Shown in pieces: positions 61,345-64,000 of a stretch of 64,000 nucleotides of DNA (the stretch's first letter is position 1; every line of letters starts with the position of its first letter). The position numbers were made by a program, and so were the translations under genes. Source of the DNA: Setoptus koraiensis (Eukaryota; Animalia; Arthropoda); contig CM106585.1 of the NCBI GenBank assembly GCA_048013815.1, forward strand, positions 14,136,001-14,200,000, written 5' to 3'. The notes below the pieces were generated by a model, which saw only the letters and a program-made list of their open reading frames with translations, searched no databases and was not told the DNA's origin.

Positions 61345-62367
61345 TCAGGCTCTAGAGCAGCTTATGAATTGTGTCACTACCTGATTGAATTTCTTCGGGT
61401 GGGCCTGGTGCAGATTGTGTGAGGCCGATGGAAATGTTTGTATGTTTGAATCGTAGATAAGATAGTCCAACGGTTTAACGTGTTGCTCATAGTCAACAAT
61501 GGGATCATTTTCACCGTGCAACACTAATGTTGGACATTTGATTGTGCTCAATCTGTGACGAATATCAAATCTTTCATCAAATTCCATTGATGCTATTACA
61601 AAATCAACATATCTATGCCACATATCGGCAAATTGTTCCCGTCCATAACTGTCTTGGTAACTTTTGAGAGCTTGCGAGTCCCAAATGTCGACATCGCGAG
61701 TCTTTCCTATTGCCTGGCATGATTTTTTGTCCATGTAAGGCGTAAAGCCCCACAGAATGAGATTGTCCACCCGCGATTGATGTTTTATGGCCAATAGGCA
61801 GGCAACTTTGGCGCCATCGCTCCAGCCAAGCACTGAATAAGTCTTGTAGTTGAGGTGTCGCATTAATTTTGCAGCAATATCAGCGTCCTGCTCATAGGAT
61901 TCAATTGTGAACTCTTTCCTCAACGGAGTGGACTTTCTAATATTGGCGTGATCATTGCAAACCATTAATAATTCATTGGAACAAATAATGATATTTATTG
62001 ATATTTAAAATTTTAGCTCACACTAATGGTAATTCGTGTGCAGACACTGCTTGTATCTAGTCCTACTCACCCGTATCCCGGTAGATCCATGGCAATCAAA
62101 GTGAACTCGTCCAGACTGAGACCACTCTTTTTGTCGAATTGTTGCTCGAATTCGTTTGAGCTGCCTGGTTGCCATAATTGGAGAACAGAATGATACACAT
62201 TACAACAACAACAACCAGAGAAAATCTGCACTGTCGATCGCCGGCGATGGGCCCCCCGAAAACTTACCAACAGCTCCATGTAATAACAACACTTTTGATG
62301 GTCCATGTCCGTGAATGGTGTAGAATATCTTTTGGTTATCTATTTCAGCATAATTGCCAGTAGCCAT
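61345..62367 (-). CDS. BPHL: Valacyclovir hydrolase/BPHL-like alpha/beta hydrolase, 261 aa
   Basis: Exons 62268-62367, 62071-62164 and 61345-61936; introns of 103 and 134 nt. Reads GHGPSKVLLLHGAVG|SSNEF..IAMDLPGYG|KS; nucleophile GWSDG, acid residue in HGENDP, His in ASHNLH. Confidence 0.88.
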
Positions 62368-63474
62368 TTTTCGCTCGATGTTTGCTGTGTTACTTGGTGA
62401 TGAACGGACAGATAAATCAGGGTTCTAAGTTGATTGATTTAAAGTTTGTATCTAGTTTGCGGCACTCCGTTGTTCTTAGTCGCAATAAGTTGGCCTTACG
62501 ATGAGATGATCAAAGTGCGACACAAAGAATCCAAATAAGATGTTTCTAGTCGACGCTTACTGTTGCTTTTGCTGTTGTTGAGTGACGAAAATACAACAAC
62601 ATTCATACAATTGGTGAGCGGGTATCGAAGATGATACAACTTTATGTGAATAAGAAAGACAATCGAAGCACTACTTAAACCACTCAATAAGCAGGTAACC
62701 GCTATTCTTAGTAGACATACAGTCGCATACTCTTTTCGTCACTCTTTATTGCCTTATATCAACCAATGCAATGGTCCGTCAGGAGCTTCTTTTCGAAGCA
62801 ACTTTCCCGATGTTAAGCACCACCCGAATAACTAAGATTGCACAACAATCTATTCGCTTCTATGGTGTATTAACTGTAGTATTAGTTACTGTTTCAACGG
62901 ACGACGATGACAACTGGTAGCGGTGGTAATCTCACCTGCCGACTGGTGCGACATGTACCTAGCGTCAATGACAAGAACAACTTTTCGAGCGATCAATGAG
63001 CACTCAAAATCAACTGCTATTTTAGATGTTAGCTGTTGGCTGGATAATGAGGGAAGTCATCGTTGCGTGTTGGCTGGTCTCTAGCGTTGGTACCAAACAG
63101 AAACTTGAATTTTAAACAAGCACAGAGATAATAACTAGTCTTGTTCTCTTAAGCTACAAAAACTACTATTTGGTTAGCTAGTGTTTGTTTAATATATCAA
63201 TCACTGATACAATACAATATATATACTATATAACAATTGTTGTTATTATTATTATTATTAATATTATTATTATCATTGTTATTACTATTATGACCAGAGA
63301 GAGAATTCTTTAACCATCCATACTACTGCATCTGCCGCTGCTCACTACTACTGATTCTATCATCTCGCTGCCGCTACTGGTGCTGCTGCTGTCTTGCCAA
63401 TGGCCAGACACACAAACCAACAGTCTACAGCAAGTCACAAATGAGTGACTTCATGACAGAGTCATGCTAGCCAG

Positions 63475-64000
63475 TCATTCATTGTCGATAATGACGACAC
63501 TTGTTGTTTCTTCCCATGAATCTGTTCCTATGAAGCCAGTGCTGTCAAGACAGGCCATGTCAGTAGCATTGGTGGTGGGGACGATGACGATGTTGTTCTC
63601 ATTAGTGTTTGCCGTTGTTGTTGTTGCGTTTGTCGCAGAAGCCGATGACGGTGCTGTTGTTGTAGTAGTGGTGGTGGTGGTGGTGGTTGAGGTTGTTGTT
63701 GTTGTTGTTGTCGACGTAGACAACATGTATCGCTCATAGATTGATCTTAGCCGATATTCGACGTCGCCCAAATGAGGCCTCATGAATCTGTCGCCGTGCC
63801 AGCATTGTGCCATTAGTTGCCAGCATTCGTTGTCGAATTGAGGCAAACGCTCCGGTCTGACACCTTTCCTCACGCAATTCCACAATTGATCCCTAGTTTG
63901 ACATTGTTCAAATATATGTGGCAGTCTAACGTGTCCCGCGCATATATACCAAAATAATATTCCAAAAGCATAAACGTCAACACTATTGTCGTAGCGACCA
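63475..64000 (-). CDS. DSTYK: Dual serine/threonine and tyrosine protein kinase (DSTYK/RIPK5), 3' end; 5' part lies beyond the window
   Basis: [33 protein letters not shown]...[29 protein letters not shown]...RPHLGDV matches DSTYK kinase subdomains IX-XI, followed by a poly-Thr tail. Confidence 0.92.
   Translation of the reverse strand, partial: GRYDNSVDVYAFGILFWYICAGHVRLPHIFEQCQTRDQLWNCVRKGVRPERLPQFDNECWQLMAQCWHGDRFMRPHLGDVEYRLRSIYERYMLSTSTTTTTTTSTTTTTTTTTTTAPSSASATNATTTTANTNENNIVIVPTTNATDMACLDSTGFIGTDSWEETTSVVIIDNE

Overview
AT-rich, compact eukaryotic (animal) genomic DNA, most likely an arthropod and probably a mite. This is inferred from the gene set, the many CAA/CA/TAA microsatellites, long intronless ORFs and short GT-AG introns of about 94-134 nt. 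No rRNA, tRNA, CRISPR array or intact transposon was recognised. Conserved genes recognised from protein motifs: a divergent SLC16/MCT-like MFS transporter, glutaminase (2 exons), MED25, Rap1 (2 exons), a SAFB/SLTM-like protein, RCC2/TD-60, WDR37 (2 exons), PRC1/fascetto, a PAP2-family lipid-phosphate-phosphatase-related protein, a BPHL-like alpha/beta hydrolase (3 exons) and the 3' end of DSTYK. The main points of interest are these. (1) A stand-alone, intact Ty3/gypsy Gag-capsid ORF (13492-14259) with no pol and no visible LTRs, which looks like a domesticated Arc-like capsid gene. (2) A 3.6-kb palindrome (46959-50583) whose arms each carry a spliced 56-aa Gly/Tyr/Ala cuticle-type microgene, plus a third spliced cuticle-type microgene at 43110-43599; none of the three is in the ORF track. 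(3) Apparent domain losses in MED25 (ACID/PTOV) and in the SAFB-like protein (SAP/RRM). (4) A catalytically degenerate lipid phosphatase. (5) Two orphan secreted proteins. All homology calls come from motif recall, not database searches.
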